This document shows positions 23,701-37,608 of a DNA stretch of 64,000 nucleotides, in pieces. Both the position numbers and the translations under genes were made by a program. Every line of letters begins with the position of its first letter. Positions within the stretch are counted from its first letter, which is position 1. Origin of the DNA: Macrostomum lignano (lineage: Eukaryota); contig NIVC01003218.1 of NCBI GenBank assembly GCA_002269645.1, forward strand, positions 1 to 64,000. The letters run 5' to 3'. The notes beneath the pieces are model-generated. The model searched no databases. It was not told where the DNA came from and saw only the letters and a list, made by a program, of their open reading frames with translations.

Positions 23701-26700
23701 ATGCCGCTGCGGAGGCTGCTTCAGCTGGCCCTGTGCCTGACCTCCTGCCTGAGCTGCCTCATCCTCGACTCCCACGCCGCCGATCCAGCAGCATCTGCCG
23801 ACAGCCTCGAGCCACCCAGATGGAGCGTCGGTCTGGAAGCCGCTCCGGAGGACCGCGGCCTCTGGCGCCGGCTGGCCGAAATCTACAACCGCCGGACGGC
23901 GGCCCACCGCGATGAGGTCGAAGTCGAGGCGGGAGAGTCGCCGACGGTCGGCACGGCGGACCCCGTGCTGCTCCGGCGGCAGGAGGCCGCGCTGATCCCG
24001 CGAGACGGCGCCACCATCGTTGACGCGGACAGCATCCCGCCGAACTACTTCGAAGTCAGCGAGGCCGCTGCCGCCGCTGCAGCTGCCGCAGCCGCGGCCA
24101 CCTCCACACCGGCGCCGGGCTACTTCAACGGCGAGCCGCCGGACAAGAATCTGGGCATCGGCTCCGAGGTGCCGGCCAGCGTGGACCCGGCCGAGGCCAT
24201 GGCCGCCTGCCAGCCGCCCTGGTGCTACCCGGCCAAGTGCACCAGCTCCAACCCCAACTGCCCGCCGATTGTCTGCCCGCCGGGCACCGAGGCCAAGCTC
24301 CGGCCAGACGGCAGCGGCGTCTATCAGTGCGTGGCCACCACGCCGCCCTGCGTGCCAGCCTGCAAGAACGGCGGAGTGTGCACCAAGTCCCGCTGCGTCT
24401 GTCCCGTCGGCTTCACGGGCGACTACTGCGAGAGCGTCAACAAGCGCCAGTGCCGGCTGCTCACCGGCCGAATCTGCGACTACGGCTGCCGCCAGGTGGG
24501 CACCGAGTACCGCTGCCTCTGCCCGCCCTGGATCTCCGCCCCGCCTGGCGGCTTCGGCCCGGGCTCGAACCTCACCTGCGTGCCCGCCGACCCCAAAGGA
24601 GCTCCGGACGAGCCGTGCCGGGCGCCCTGCCTGAACGGCGTCTGCGGCGGTGGCGCCTGCGTCTGCCGGCCCGGCTGGCGCGGAGACGACTGCGGCCGCG
24701 ACGTGGACGAGTGCGCCGACGAGTGGCTGAACCGCTGCATGTACCGCTGCGCCAACACCATCGGCTCCTTCCGCTGCGAGTGCCCGCCGGGCTACCGGCT
24801 CAGCCCGCTGGACGGCACCAGCTGCGAGCCGCTGGTCTGCCCGCCCGACTGCGGCCCGCCCGGCGGCCGCTGCGTCGATGGACGCTGCGCCTGCCAGCCC
24901 GGCTGGACTGGTGACTCCTGCCGTCGGGATGTCGACGAGTGCGCCAGCAACCACGCCGACGGGCGACACCGCTGCGGCTCGGCGCTGTGCGTGAACAGCC
25001 CCGGCTCCTTCCGCTGCCGCTGCCCGCCCGGCCAACGGCTTGGCTCCGACGGCCGGTCCTGCGCGCCCAGCAACTCTTGCGAGCCCGCCTGCCGACCGGA
25101 CACCGGCGCCTGCGTCAACGGCAGCTGCGCCTGCCGATCCGGCTGGTCCGGGCCCGACTGCGCCAGCGACACCGACGAGTGCGCCCTCGGCTTCCATGCC
25201 TGCCGGCACGGCTGCGCCAACACGCCCGGCTCCTTCCGCTGCCTCTGCCCGCCCGGCTACCGGCTGGCCGCTGACGGCCGCAACTGCCGGCCAGACGATC
25301 CGCGCGCCTGCTCCGACCGGCTGCGGCCGTGCCAAAACGGCGGCGCCTGCGACAGCGGGAGCCGGCGATGCCGCTGCCCGCCCGGCTTCTACGGCGACTT
25401 CTGCCAGAAGGCCGCGCCGACGACGACGACAACGTCGACCACGACGACGTCCGCGGCGCCGACCACGGTGCGTCCTGGCGAGGAGTGCCGCCCGCCCTGC
25501 CAGCACGGCCGCTGCATCCGCGGCGGCTGCGTCTGCGACAGCGGATTCGAGGGCGCGGCCTGCCAGATCCGCTTCCGCTGTACCGGCAGCGCCGACTGCA
25601 GCCGCGGCTGGTGCGGCGCCGACGGTCGCTGCGTCTGCCTGGCCGGCTGGCGCGGCCTTCGATGCGACATGGACTTCAACGAGTGCGACTTGTCACCGGC
25701 GCCCTGCGAGCACAGCTGTCACAACCTGCCCGGCACCTTCAGGTTGGCGCCTTCAGGACTGCGTGGGGTGGACACATTAGCTCGGGGGTGGACACATTAG
25801 TTCAGGGGTGGACACATTAGCTCGGAGGTGGACACATTAGCTTGTGGGTGGACACATTAGCTCGGAGGTGGACACATTAGCTCGGGGGTGGACACATTAG
25901 CTCGGAGGTGGACACATTATCTCGGGGGCGGACACATTAGCTCGGGGGTGGACACATTAGCTCGGGGGTGGACACATTAGCTCGTGGGTGGACACATTAG
26001 CTTGGGGGTGGACACATTAGCTCGGGGTGGACACATTAACTCACACAAAAACCCATTGGTTGTACATCAGAACCCATTGGGTGTACACCAGAACCCATTG
26101 GGTGTTCCACCAGAACCCATTGGGTGTTCCACCAGAACCCATTGGGTGTTCCACCAGAACCCATTGGGTGTTCCACCAGAACCCATTGGGTGTTCCACCA
26201 GAACCCATTGGGTGTTCCACCAGAACCCATTGGGTGTACACCAGAACCCATTGGGTGTACACCAGAACCCATTGGGTGTTCCACCAGAACCCATTGGGTG
26301 TTCCACCAGAACCCATTGGGTGTTCCACCAGAACCCATTGGGTGTTCCACCAGAACCCATTGGGTGTTCCACCAGAACCCATTGGGTGTTCCACCAGAAC
26401 CCATTGGGTGTACACCAGAACCCATTGGGTGTACACCAGAACCCATTGGGTGTTCCACCAGAACCCATTGGGTGTTCCACCAGAACCCATTGGGTGTTCC
26501 ACCAGAACCCATTGGGTGTTCCACCAGAACCCATTGGGTGTACACCAGAACCCACTGAGTGTTCACCAAAACGCCTCAGTCTTGGCCAGCTGGTCTCCCA
26601 ACCACCCGGTCCTCCAGGTGCACCTGCGATCCGGGCTTCAATGTCGGCACCAACGGCAGCTGCGTCTGGGCCGGCGACCCCAGCTGCCCGAGGGGCTGCC

Positions 26701-27851
26701 GCAACGGCGGCCGCTGCCGCTCTGGCAGGTGCCGCTGCGCACCGGGCTATCGCGGGCCGACTTGCAGCGCCGATGTCGACGAGTGCGCGATGGAGCGCAG
26801 CGTGCACGGCTGCGAGTTCGCCTGCTACAACACCCGCGGCAGCTGGGAATGCCGCTGCCCACCTGGTGAGCCGCCTCTGCCACTTTGGACTGGGTCTCTG
26901 GCTGCTCTTAGGGTACATCTCATTTGACTCCGATTCCCCGTTTTCGTGATCCTTATCCTCGTCCCAGGATCTCCCAATCTATGAATATCTAGTCAAGAAT
27001 CGATACCAGAAACCAGAAATAAAAAATTTCCACTCAAAATCCCAACCGAAAAAAATCCCAACCTAAAAAATACCAACCCAAAAAATCCCAACCCAAAAAA
27101 TCCCAACCCAAAAATCCCAACCCAAAAAATCCCAACCCAAAAATCCCAACCTAAAAAATCCCAACCCAAAAAATGCCAACCCAAAAAATGCCAACCCAAA
27201 AATCCCAACCTAAAAAATCCCAACCCAAAAAAATCCCAACTCAAAAAATTTCAACCTAAAAAATCCCAACCTAAAAAATCCCAACCCAAAAAATCTTCAC
27301 CTAAAAAACCCCAACTCGAAAAATCTCAACCCAAAAAATCGCAACCAAAAAATCCCAACCTAAAAAATCCCAACCAAAAAATCCCAGCTGTAAAAATCCC
27401 AACAAAAAATCCCTATCCAAAAAAATCGCAACCCAAAAAATCCAAACCCAAAAAATCCCTGCTAAAAAATCCCACTGGCAAAATCTCCATCCAAGGCTAC
27501 ACGCGGCTCTCGGATCGTCGCACCTGCCGCTTGTCGCCGCCCGACAGTCGCTGCCAGCCGCCCTGCCTGAACGGCGGCGTCTGCCGGCTGGCCGCCTCCG
27601 GCATCGGCAACTGCGCCTGCCAGCGTGGCTTCGCCGGGCCGGACTGCGGCAGCGACGTTGACGAGTGCGCGCTGTACCGGCCGTGCCAGCACCAGTGCGT
27701 GAACACGGTTGGCAGCTACACCTGCCGCTGCCCGCCCGGCCAGCTGCTCCGGTTTGATGGGGTTCGCTGCATCACGCCGGAGGAAGCTGCCGGCCGGCCG
27801 GACCTGCTGTACCGCGGCACCGGGGTCAAGGGCCCGACGGTGGCGCCGTGA
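23701..27851 (+). CDS. Secreted multi-EGF protein (signal peptide, low-complexity N-terminus, 16 EGF modules, alternating plain EGF and cbEGF-type), 881 aa
   Basis: Exons 23701-25742, 26618-26865, 27496-27851 (2646 nt, in frame); signal peptide MPLRRLLQLALCLTSCLSCLILDSHA; repeated DVDEC..C.N..GSF.C.CPPG motifs; Thr-rich linker; no TM segment. Confidence 0.92.
25763..26040. repeat. 20-bp minisatellite (GGACACATTAGCTCGGGGGT)n
   Basis: About 14 copies at the 5' end of EGF-gene intron 1. Confidence 0.95.
26048..26560. repeat. 21-22-bp minisatellite (ACCAGAACCCATTGGGTGTTCC)n with internal hairpin
   Basis: About 23 copies abutting the previous array; each unit contains ACCC-ATT-GGGT. Confidence 0.95.
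27035..27470. repeat. Degenerate ~14-15-bp repeat (AAAAATCCCAACCY)n
   Basis: Fills most of EGF-gene intron 2. Confidence 0.9.
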
Positions 27852-27996
27852 AGCTGCAGCAAATTGCGACTTTTGATTTGTCCGCTTATTTGATAATCAA
27901 TAGCTGCTGAAACTTTTTTATTAAAAATAGCTGCAATGAGACACCTGTTGAGATGAGGGTAAATCTCCCAGCTCGTGTGGCTGATTGATACATGTA

Positions 27997-29760
27997 GAGA
28001 GCTTAATCACAGCCTGTAGTGAGCTTAATCACAGCCTGTAGTGAGCTTAATCACAGTCTGTAGAGAGCTTAATCACAGCCTGTAGTGAGCTTAATCACAG
28101 TCTGTAGAGAGTTTAATCACAGCCTGTAGTGAGCTTAATCACAGTCTGTAGTGAGCTTAATCACAGTCTGTAGAGAGCTTAATCACAGTCTGTAGTGAGC
28201 TTAATCACAGTCTGTAGTGAGCTTAATCACAGCCTGTAGTGAGCTTAATAACAGCCTGTAGAGAGCTTAATCACAGCCTGTAGAGAGCTTAATCACAGTC
28301 TGTAGTGAGCTTAATCACAGTCTGTAGTGAGCTTAATCACAGCCTGTAGAGAGCTAAATCACAGTCTGTAGTGAGCTTAATCACAGTCTGTAGTGAGCTT
28401 AATCACAGCCTGTAGAGAGCTTAATCACAGCCTGTAGAGAGCTTAATCACAGCCTGTAGAGAGCTTAATCACAGCCTGTAGTGAGCTTAATAACAGCCTG
28501 TAGAGAGCTTAATCACAGCCTGTAGAGAGCTTAATCACAGTCTGTAGTGAGCTTAATCACAGTCTGTAGTGAGCTTAATCACAGTCTGTAGTGAGCTTAA
28601 TCACAGCCTGTAGAGAGCTAAATCACAGTCTGTAGTGAGCTTAATCACAGTCTGTAGTGAGCTTAATCACAGCCTGTAGAGAGCTTAATCACAGCCTGTA
28701 GAGAGCTAAATCACAGTCTGTAGTGAGCTTAATCACAGTCTGTAGTGAGCTTAATCACAGCCTGTAGAGAGCTTAATCACAGCCTGTAGAGAGCTTAATC
28801 ACAGCCTGTAGAGAGCTTATTCACAGCCTGTAGTGAGCTTAATCACAGCCTGTAGAGAGCTTAATCACAGCCTGTAGAGAGCTTAATCACAGCCTGTAGA
28901 GAGCTTAATCACAGCCTGTAGTAAGCTTTATCACAGCCTGTATTGGGCTTAATCACAGTCTGTAGTGAGCATAATTAGAGTTTGCAGTGAGCTTAATTAC
29001 AGTTTGCAGTGAGCTTAGTTACAGTTTGCAGTGAGCTTAAAAACAGTCTGTAGTGAGCTTAATCACAGTCTGTAGTGAGCTTAATCACAGTCTGTAGTGA
29101 GCTTAATCACAGCCTGTATTGGGCTTAATCACAGTCTGTAGTGAGCATAATTAGAGTTTGCAGTGAGCTTAATTACAGTTTGCAGTGAGCTTAGTTACAG
29201 TTTGCAGTGAGCTTAAAAACAGTCTGTAGTGAGCTTAATCACAGTCTGTAGTGAGCTTAATCACAGCCTGTAGTAAGCTTAATCACAGCCTGTATTGGGC
29301 TTAATCACAGTCTGTAGTGAGCATAATTAGAGTTTGCAGTGAGCTTAATTACAGTTTGCAGTGAGCTTAGTTACAGTTTGCAGTGAGCTTAAAAACAGTC
29401 TGTAGTGAGCTTAATCACAGTCTGTAGTGAGCTTAATCACAGCCTGTAGTAAGCTTAATCACAGCCTGTATTGGGCTTAATCACAGTCTGTAGTGAGCAT
29501 AATTAGAGTTTGCAGTGAGCTTAATTACAGTTTGCAGTGAGCTTAGTTACAGTTTGCAGTGAGCTTAAAAACAGTCTGTAGTGAGCTTAAAAACAGTCTG
29601 TAGTGAGCTTAATCACAGTCTGTAGTGAGCTTAATCACAGTCTGTAGTGAGCTTAATCACAGCCTGTAGTGAGCTTAATCACAGCCTGTAGTGAGCTTAA
29701 TCACAGCCTGTAGTGAGCTTAATCACAGCCTGTAGTGAGCTCAATCACAGCCTGTAGCAA
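27997..29760. repeat. 22-bp satellite (GAGCTTAATCACAGYCTGTAGW)n with a 176-bp higher-order block
   Basis: About 80 copies; variant TATTGGG recurs at 28941, 29117, 29293, 29469. Confidence 0.97.
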
Positions 29761-30107
29761 GCCTTACGCGGAAACCAGAGCAGCTTATGCACAAGCCTCT
29801 ACAGCTGAAATGTCTGTTTGCCAATGCAGGTGGAAGACAGGTGATAAAGAAAGGCAATTAGTGTTTTGTTTCTTTCGTTTGCAATCCAAGCGGCGGCCAT
29901 CATGACCAGCAGCGGGTGCTTATTAGGGATTGCAGATTCGCCAAGCTGATAGCAGCAAGCCGTCTGCTTTATCGCAGATGAAGGCTGCTTTCGGAAAAGG
30001 AGGAAAAAGTTATTTTAGTGCACTTCAGGCTTGCTTTCTGCTTATTTTTGCTCCTGAAGCTCGCCAGCGTCTAGAAATATGCAAAGAATTAGAAACCCTT
30101 AGAAGCC

Positions 30108-30280
30108 TACTAATGGGTATCTAGGAGCCTACTAAAGGGTATCTAGAAGCCTACTAATGGGTATCTAGAAACCTAATAAGGATATCTAGAAACTTACTAA
30201 AGGATATCTAGAAACTTACTAAAGAATATCTAGAAACCCACAAATCGATACCTGGAAACCTGCAAACGAATATCTAGACA
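30108..30280. repeat. Degenerate 21-bp repeat (CTAGAAACCTACTAAAGGATAT-like)
   Basis: About 8 diverged copies. Confidence 0.8.
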
Positions 30281-32050
30281 CCTACCACGACTTAATGAGT
30301 AGTCTAGCGAGAATTTCAGACTTATATTTCTAAGAAATCGGTTAAAAATTTCGCCGACATTTTTTATAGCTTGGCTGGAGGCCAAGCAGAATTTCGACTC
30401 CAAAAGTCAGCATTCAGAGTTTTTGCCGATTTTTTATTGTCGATTTACAGTGCTACCGAAATCTGGCCAGCGCTGAGAATTTGTGAGGCCAAGGTTGGTA
30501 TTGTGGCCGGAAGACGGCTCAGAAATCGCTGCTCTTCCCGAGCTCCGCTTCTCCCTGAGCTAAAAAGAAGAAACCCAAGCCGGAAATGAGACCCGACAGG
30601 AAGCGAAGTCGCAATCGACAGGCTGACAGGGGACAGAGAAAAAAGTTTATACGGCCAAGTTTATCAGCTTAGCCTGCTCTGTTTCTTGGAAAAGTCAGCA
30701 CTGCGCTCTCATTTTCTGATAGAGAATGAGATAGACTTGGGAGGTTTAGTCTGTAATGGGATAAGTTCCTGGGCTCAGTAGTAAAGAGATACATATAAAG
30801 CACAGACAGCACTAGTACGGTCAGAGTCAGCCAGTCTGGGCAGAGGCGGCAGCAGAGCGCTCTGGGGGACAGTAGAGAACAGACCTATTGCATCGATTTT
30901 CTCGCTACTTCCAGCTTCGTCTGCCTGCCCCCCCCATCCGCCCGTGCTGGAGCAGCGCCCCCCCCCCCGGACCCACTGGCTCTGCCCTCCCGGAGTGCCT
31001 GGCAAGGGCAGGGCTGCACTGGTGGCACAGACTGGCTCTCTCCCTGCCCCACAGCCTTGGCAACGGGGGATGAGGGGCCGGGCTCAGCTCTAGCATCCCC
31101 AGATCCCCAGCCCAGGGGAACCAGGCTTCCACTGGGGGGTAGGGGAGCTGCAGCCGCTCACTCGATGCCCAAAAAAGCAGGGCGACTGGCAAGCCGACAC
31201 CCCCGCACTCAAATTAATGGAGCTGATGGGGCCTAACAAGCCAGGAGACAGCGATGGGCTGAGGGCAGGGAGAGATGGCAGCCAGCCAGGAGCTGGGAGT
31301 TGCTGTACTGCCGAGACTGCCGCGCCTGACACGCACTGAAGGCGGGGGGGTTGGGAGAGACTCCTGCCTAATCCCCCTCCAGTGTGCGGCGGCCCTGAGC
31401 ATACATGAGCTGGTCCTGCGGGATTTGCCGAACTGCCTTCCCTCTTCCCACCCGTCTTCCCCTGTCGCTGGATCCCTCCCTGAGGATTTTTATAAATAAC
31501 CCTTTTCTCGGGACCGGCGGCTCTTCCTCTCCTCGCAAGCTCCTCGGCCGGGCCAAGGCGGGCCTTGCAGTTTGGCAATCAGGTGAGGCACCGGCAGGTC
31601 TGATCTCAACCAGTCCCCGATTTCATGCGGCGCTGAACTGCGGCGGACTCGGCCCAGCAGCGGGAACCGTTTAGCACCACGTGAAATCGGTGACGGTTAG
31701 TCAGCGAACGGCGCCGGCCATTGGCAGTTTGATTTGCCCCGATTTATTTATAACAAAATACACGCGACACGAAAGCTTAGGGCTTGGTTGCTTACCCGAA
31801 ATTTGTCTTTTTGTTATTCTGACCAAGTTTTTAGCGATTTTCATTGCGAATCTCAACCTTAGCTGCCGCGAGCGAACTTTTGCTATGTGACTCCGCTGCA
31901 AGGTTAGGGCTTATCTCATCTCCTCTCTCCCCACCTTCTCAGTTCCATTAAGTCCTGCCTAAGATAAGCTCTCTTGGAACTCGTTTCAACTGGTTTTTTA
32001 AGGGCCGAATGGAGATCAGTTACTTGATGCTCCACTGAGCAAACTGATTG

Positions 32051-32052
<2 letters not shown>

Positions 32053-32102
<50 letters not shown>
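32053..32102. repeat. (CT)n microsatellite
   Basis: Direct reading. Confidence 0.97.
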
Positions 32103-32194
32103 TCGCTCTCGGTTGAAAAAAACTGCTCTTTCTGTTATTCTTGAATTGAGTGAACTCACAATGGAATTGTTGGTGAATTAGATCTGCTGCTGGT

Positions 32195-32940
32195 TGTGGG
32201 TGAATTGTCTGTGGGTGAATTAATTGTCTGTGGGTGAATTGTCTGTGGGTGAACTGTCTGTGGGCGAATCTTCTGTGGGTGAATTGTCTGTGGGTGAACT
32301 GTCTGTGGGCGAATTGTCTGTGGGTGAACTGTCTGTGGGCGAATCTTCTGTGGGTGAATTGTCTGTGGGTGAACTGTCTGTGGGTGAACTGTCTGTGGGC
32401 GAATTGTCTGTGGGTGAATTGTCTGTGGGTGAATTGTCTGTGGGTGAATTGTCTGTGGGTGAATTGTCTGTGGGTGAATTGTCTGTGGGTGAATTGTCTG
32501 TGGGTGAATTGTCTGTGGGTGAATTGTCTGTGGGTGAATTGTCTGTGGGTGAATTGTCTGTGGGTGAATTGTCTGTGGGTGAATTGTCTGTGGGTGAATT
32601 GTCTGTGGGTGAATTGTCTTTGGGTGAATTGTCTGTGGGTGAATTGTCTGTGGGTGAATTGTCTGTGGGTGAATTGTCTGTGGGTGAATTGTCTGTGGGT
32701 GAATTGTCTGTGGGTGAATTGTCTTTGGGTGAATTGTCTGTGGGTGAATTGTCTGTGGATGAATTGTCTGTGGGTGAATTGTCTGTGGGTGAATTGTCTG
32801 TGGGTGAATTGTCTGTGGGTGAATTGTCTGTGGGTGAATTGTCTGTGGGTGAATTGTCTTTGGGTGAATTGTCTGTGGGTGAATTGTCTGTGGATGAATT
32901 GTCTGTGGGTGAATTGTCTGTGGGTGAATTGTCTGTGGGT
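32195..32940. repeat. 15-bp minisatellite (GGTGAATTGTCTGTG)n
   Basis: About 49 copies. Confidence 0.97.
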
Positions 32941-33600
32941 GGTCTGCTCAGCTAGCCTCAGAGAATGCCCTTTCGAGCTCAACTCGAAGCTGCGATCACA
33001 AAGATACACAAAGACAAAGATAAAAAATCGCCATGGCAACGTGATATGTAAAACTATCCGAGCTAAGAGTGTCAGAAACTGAAAAATGTCGCGATAAGAA
33101 AGATAGCTGACTGAGCAGCATGTGGGTGAAACAGAAAAGGCGCATGACATGGCGTGGCTGTCTCGATGTATCCAGCTTAGCATAACAAAATCAATAAAGA
33201 ACTCAACAGAGCCACACCCAACAGCACTGCGGCATTAATCAGCCTTTTAATCCCAAATAAAACCTTTGTTGCTTTTTTATGTCAACCGCTTTGACACGCG
33301 TCTAAATTTAGCTGGGGGTGGGGGGGGGGGCTCAAGGAGGCCTCATTGCAATGAATTCCTGCGAGCTGTCAGACACAAGCGCCCCTGTCTACAGCCATGC
33401 GTCACGCGTCATTGCACCAGTGAACAGACCGCCCAACCCCCACAACAGCACCTTGGCATGCAAATCGTATGCCAATATGCTCTGCCATGCAGCACTGACT
33501 GCCAGATAGAAGCCATTTGGCAGAGCATATCTATTAGGAGATAAAGAGCTGTTATACAAAGTTCGATATCTATTCTTTTCTCTCTCAGCAAAAAGTTCCC

Positions 33601-33614
33601 GTCGCTATGACAAC
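33601..33614. promoter_or_regulatory. RFX X-box upstream of beta-tubulin
   Basis: GTCGCTATGACAAC fits GTHNYYATRRNAAC exactly, about 145 nt upstream of the ATG; weaker copy ATCGCCATGGCAAC at 33027-33040. Confidence 0.6.
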
Positions 33615-33758
33615 GGAGACGCCCCACTGGCTGCCAGGAAAACTACTTAAAAAGCCTTTGGATCGGAGCGCCCAAGTCCCCCGCGCCAGTTGTGTCAGCC
33701 AGCAGTTTGACGTCTTTGCAGGCATTTATTTTCATTAGCCAAGTCTCAGCCACCAGCC

Positions 33759-35188
<1,430 letters not shown>

Positions 35189-35748
35189 GCAGTCGCTTGA
35201 GACTTTATAACTATACGAGAGTACAAGTCCAATATCTGAAACTTTTGCTTATAATCTCCATAGCAACTGTGCAACACTGATCTGTGAAAAAACTTTAGTT
35301 CATATATAGTGACCGTGATTCAGGCCAGAATAAATATGCACTGCTACAGAATAGCTATTATTCATTTGCCCTTCGTGTTATCTCAAATTTACCCTGTAAC
35401 TTACTTGAAGTAGCAAATCAAAGCAGACGGCATCAGATCTGTAGAGAATAGGTTGAGCTCTTTTTTATTTGTATTGAAAACGAATGCAAGTTTAAAATTT
35501 AAGTTTTTTCGTAAATAGGATGTTTAATGTGGCCACGAAAGTCGTTACAGGCGAACGAGTCAACCAAGTTTCATATGTTACTTCACAGTAGTCTGAATAG
35601 TTCATATCGCGGAATTTGAATGGCGAAAAATAAGTAGAAACTTTAGAATTTTTAAGCGTGCAAATGTTTCATAGAGATAGGATGGGACAAGTTGACAAGA
35701 AATTTCCAGATAGCCGAGAGTTCACAAATGTTAATTAACGGCTCAGCC

Positions 35749-36630
35749 TCAGGCCTGCGGATAAGCGGGCGGGTAGGCGGCAGTCTGGCCGGCGACCTGC
35801 TTCCCCGGGTAGCTAGGTGGATTAGCCGGCGGGTAGGCAGACGGGTAAGGCGGCGGGTAGACTCCGGACTGTTCCGGCTGCTGAGACGGGTACTCGTTCT
35901 GGTAGGCACCATTCGGGTAGCCGGCGTTGCCACCGTGAGCCTGGTTTCCGTAGGCCTGGTTGCCGTAGGCTTGGTTGCCGTAGGCCTGGTTGCCGTAGGC
36001 CTGGTTGCCGTAGGCCTGGTTGCCGTAGGCCTGGTTGCCGTAGGTCTGGTTGCCGTAGGTCGTACCGTTGAACGTGCTGTTTGGCGGGGCGGCCACAACC
36101 GTGGTGGTGGTGGCGACAGTCGCTCGAGGCCCGACCACGCCAGGCCGGCGGTTCTTAGCGCAGAAGCAGTACAGCACGATGGCGCCGCCAATCAGGCCGC
36201 CCAGGCCAATGAGGCCGCCGATCGCCGCGCCGGCGATGCAGCCAACTGAGCAGTAAAATGTGTATACATAGTAATAACTTCTTGTTCTGTAACTCCTCCT
36301 CGAGTAAGAGTAGTAGTAGGGCGAGTAGTAGTATGAGTAGTAAGCGAAATTCTTTCCCGCCGGTCGCCGGATGGAATGCAAGCCGGCCGAGTGCGGAGCA
36401 GCCGCGCCAGCGCCTCTGCACGCAGTGACGGGGCCGCCGCCAACCGGGCGGCACTGCTCGTCAAGCCGGCCGCTGGAGCAGGACTCGCGGCGCCTGGTCT
36501 CGCCGTCGAAGCTCGCCGCCTTCTCCCAGGCAGACCACTGGTCGCAGTCAACCAAGTTGGCCGCTGAGACGACGGTGGTGGCAGCAGCGAAGGCGGCCAG
36601 AACAACTGGCCACAGAGAAGGCGAGTTCAT
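35749..36630 (-). CDS. Single-pass type I membrane protein: TSP1-like Cys/Trp ectodomain, Tyr-rich stalk, Pro/Tyr/Gln-rich tail with GNQAY repeats and PPxY motif (Shisa/WBP1-like architecture), 293 aa
   Basis: Intronless ORF with signal peptide MNSPSLWPVVLAAFAAATTVVSA, CDQWSAW..RRRESC, TM IAGAAIGGLIGLGGLIGGAIVLYCFC, eight GNQ(A/T)(Y/H) units, YPPPYP. Confidence 0.8.
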   Translation of the reverse strand: MNSPSLWPVVLAAFAAATTVVSAANLVDCDQWSAWEKAASFDGETRRRESCSSGRLDEQCRPVGGGPVTACRGAGAAAPHSAGLHSIRRPAGKNFAYYSYYYSPYYYSYSRRSYRTRSYYYVYTFYCSVGCIAGAAIGGLIGLGGLIGGAIVLYCFCAKNRRPGVVGPRATVATTTTVVAAPPNSTFNGTTYGNQTYGNQAYGNQAYGNQAYGNQAYGNQAYGNQAYGNQAHGGNAGYPNGAYQNEYPSQQPEQSGVYPPPYPSAYPPANPPSYPGKQVAGQTAAYPPAYPQA

Positions 36631-37608
36631 GCCTGAGCACTTCGTGTTTTCCGTTGTCTGCGCGGAGTGAGCTCAAAAATGTTTGTTTTCCCATTTACTG
36701 CCGCCGCTGCTGCTACTGCTTTTTGAATGCGACCGGCCTGGCAACAAGGCTGGTAGGGGGGTGGTGGAGTGGGGAGCTTGCAGCCAAGGCCATTACTCTT
36801 CCCCTTCTCCTGCTGCCATGATAACCTGGGGAAGCGCTTCCTGCTTGGGGACTGAGGAGTGTACTCTTCTTCTATACGGCTGCCGTTGGTGCCCGCTCAG
36901 ATGTGTATGAGAACTCAATTTTTCTATGCCTACGATAAAGCACCTAGGACCAGCTCTACCCAGTGTATGCTCTGGCTCTACGCTTCAATGAGAGAGGAGA
37001 GAGATCGAGATAGAGGGACTGTCCCCGCCATTGTTGGTTGCCCATAGTTACGCTGGCATTGTAATTCACATTCTGCAATACACTTCTAGGAAAATAGGGA
37101 AGGAAAGTAGGAGCTGAGTAAAATAGGCGCGTACTCATGAGCGCCACCATGCATATGAGAGAGAGAGAAAAAAGGAGTGGGAGAGGGAGAGGAGTGAGAG
37201 CTGGAGACCTTGGTCGGCCCCAATTTTTGTTAAGCTTCGTTTACTCCGTTACCACCGCTTCGCCTATCTTGCTCTGTCACCCTTGTATGGGAAAGTAATG
37301 ACTTTTCTTGTGCCTGACAAATAGTTCCTCGAGGTGGAGAATTCCGGCGCTTGACCAAATACAGAAATCAATCTCAGTAATTGCCTTTTATTTGTCAATA
37401 TGTAGCTTCTGAGTCATTATCTAAACAACGAAAAACGTTAACAGGATTTATTGGTACTTCGGCCAGTGTTTATTTTGTCGGTCTTGGTGCTCTGTTTTTC
37501 CAAGTTTTGTTTATCATGTACTGACCAGGGATAGATTAAATTTGCGTTTTTTTCATCTCAGCCTGAGAATGGCTCTTGTCTTTTTCCTGGACAGTATATA
37601 ATCCCGTT

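Noticed and set aside
23578-25506. 642-aa antisense ORF (also 34043-35038 opposite tubulin)
   Set aside because: Shadow ORFs from high GC3 codon bias of the real genes on the other strand.
26048-26560. CRISPR-like array (palindromic ~22-bp repeats)
   Set aside because: Units are directly adjacent with no unique spacers, there are no cas genes, and the array lies in a eukaryotic intron.
30770-31700. Coding or mobile-element content in a GC-rich intergenic block
   Set aside because: Short ORFs with no recognisable motif, no consistent splice chain and no terminal repeats found.
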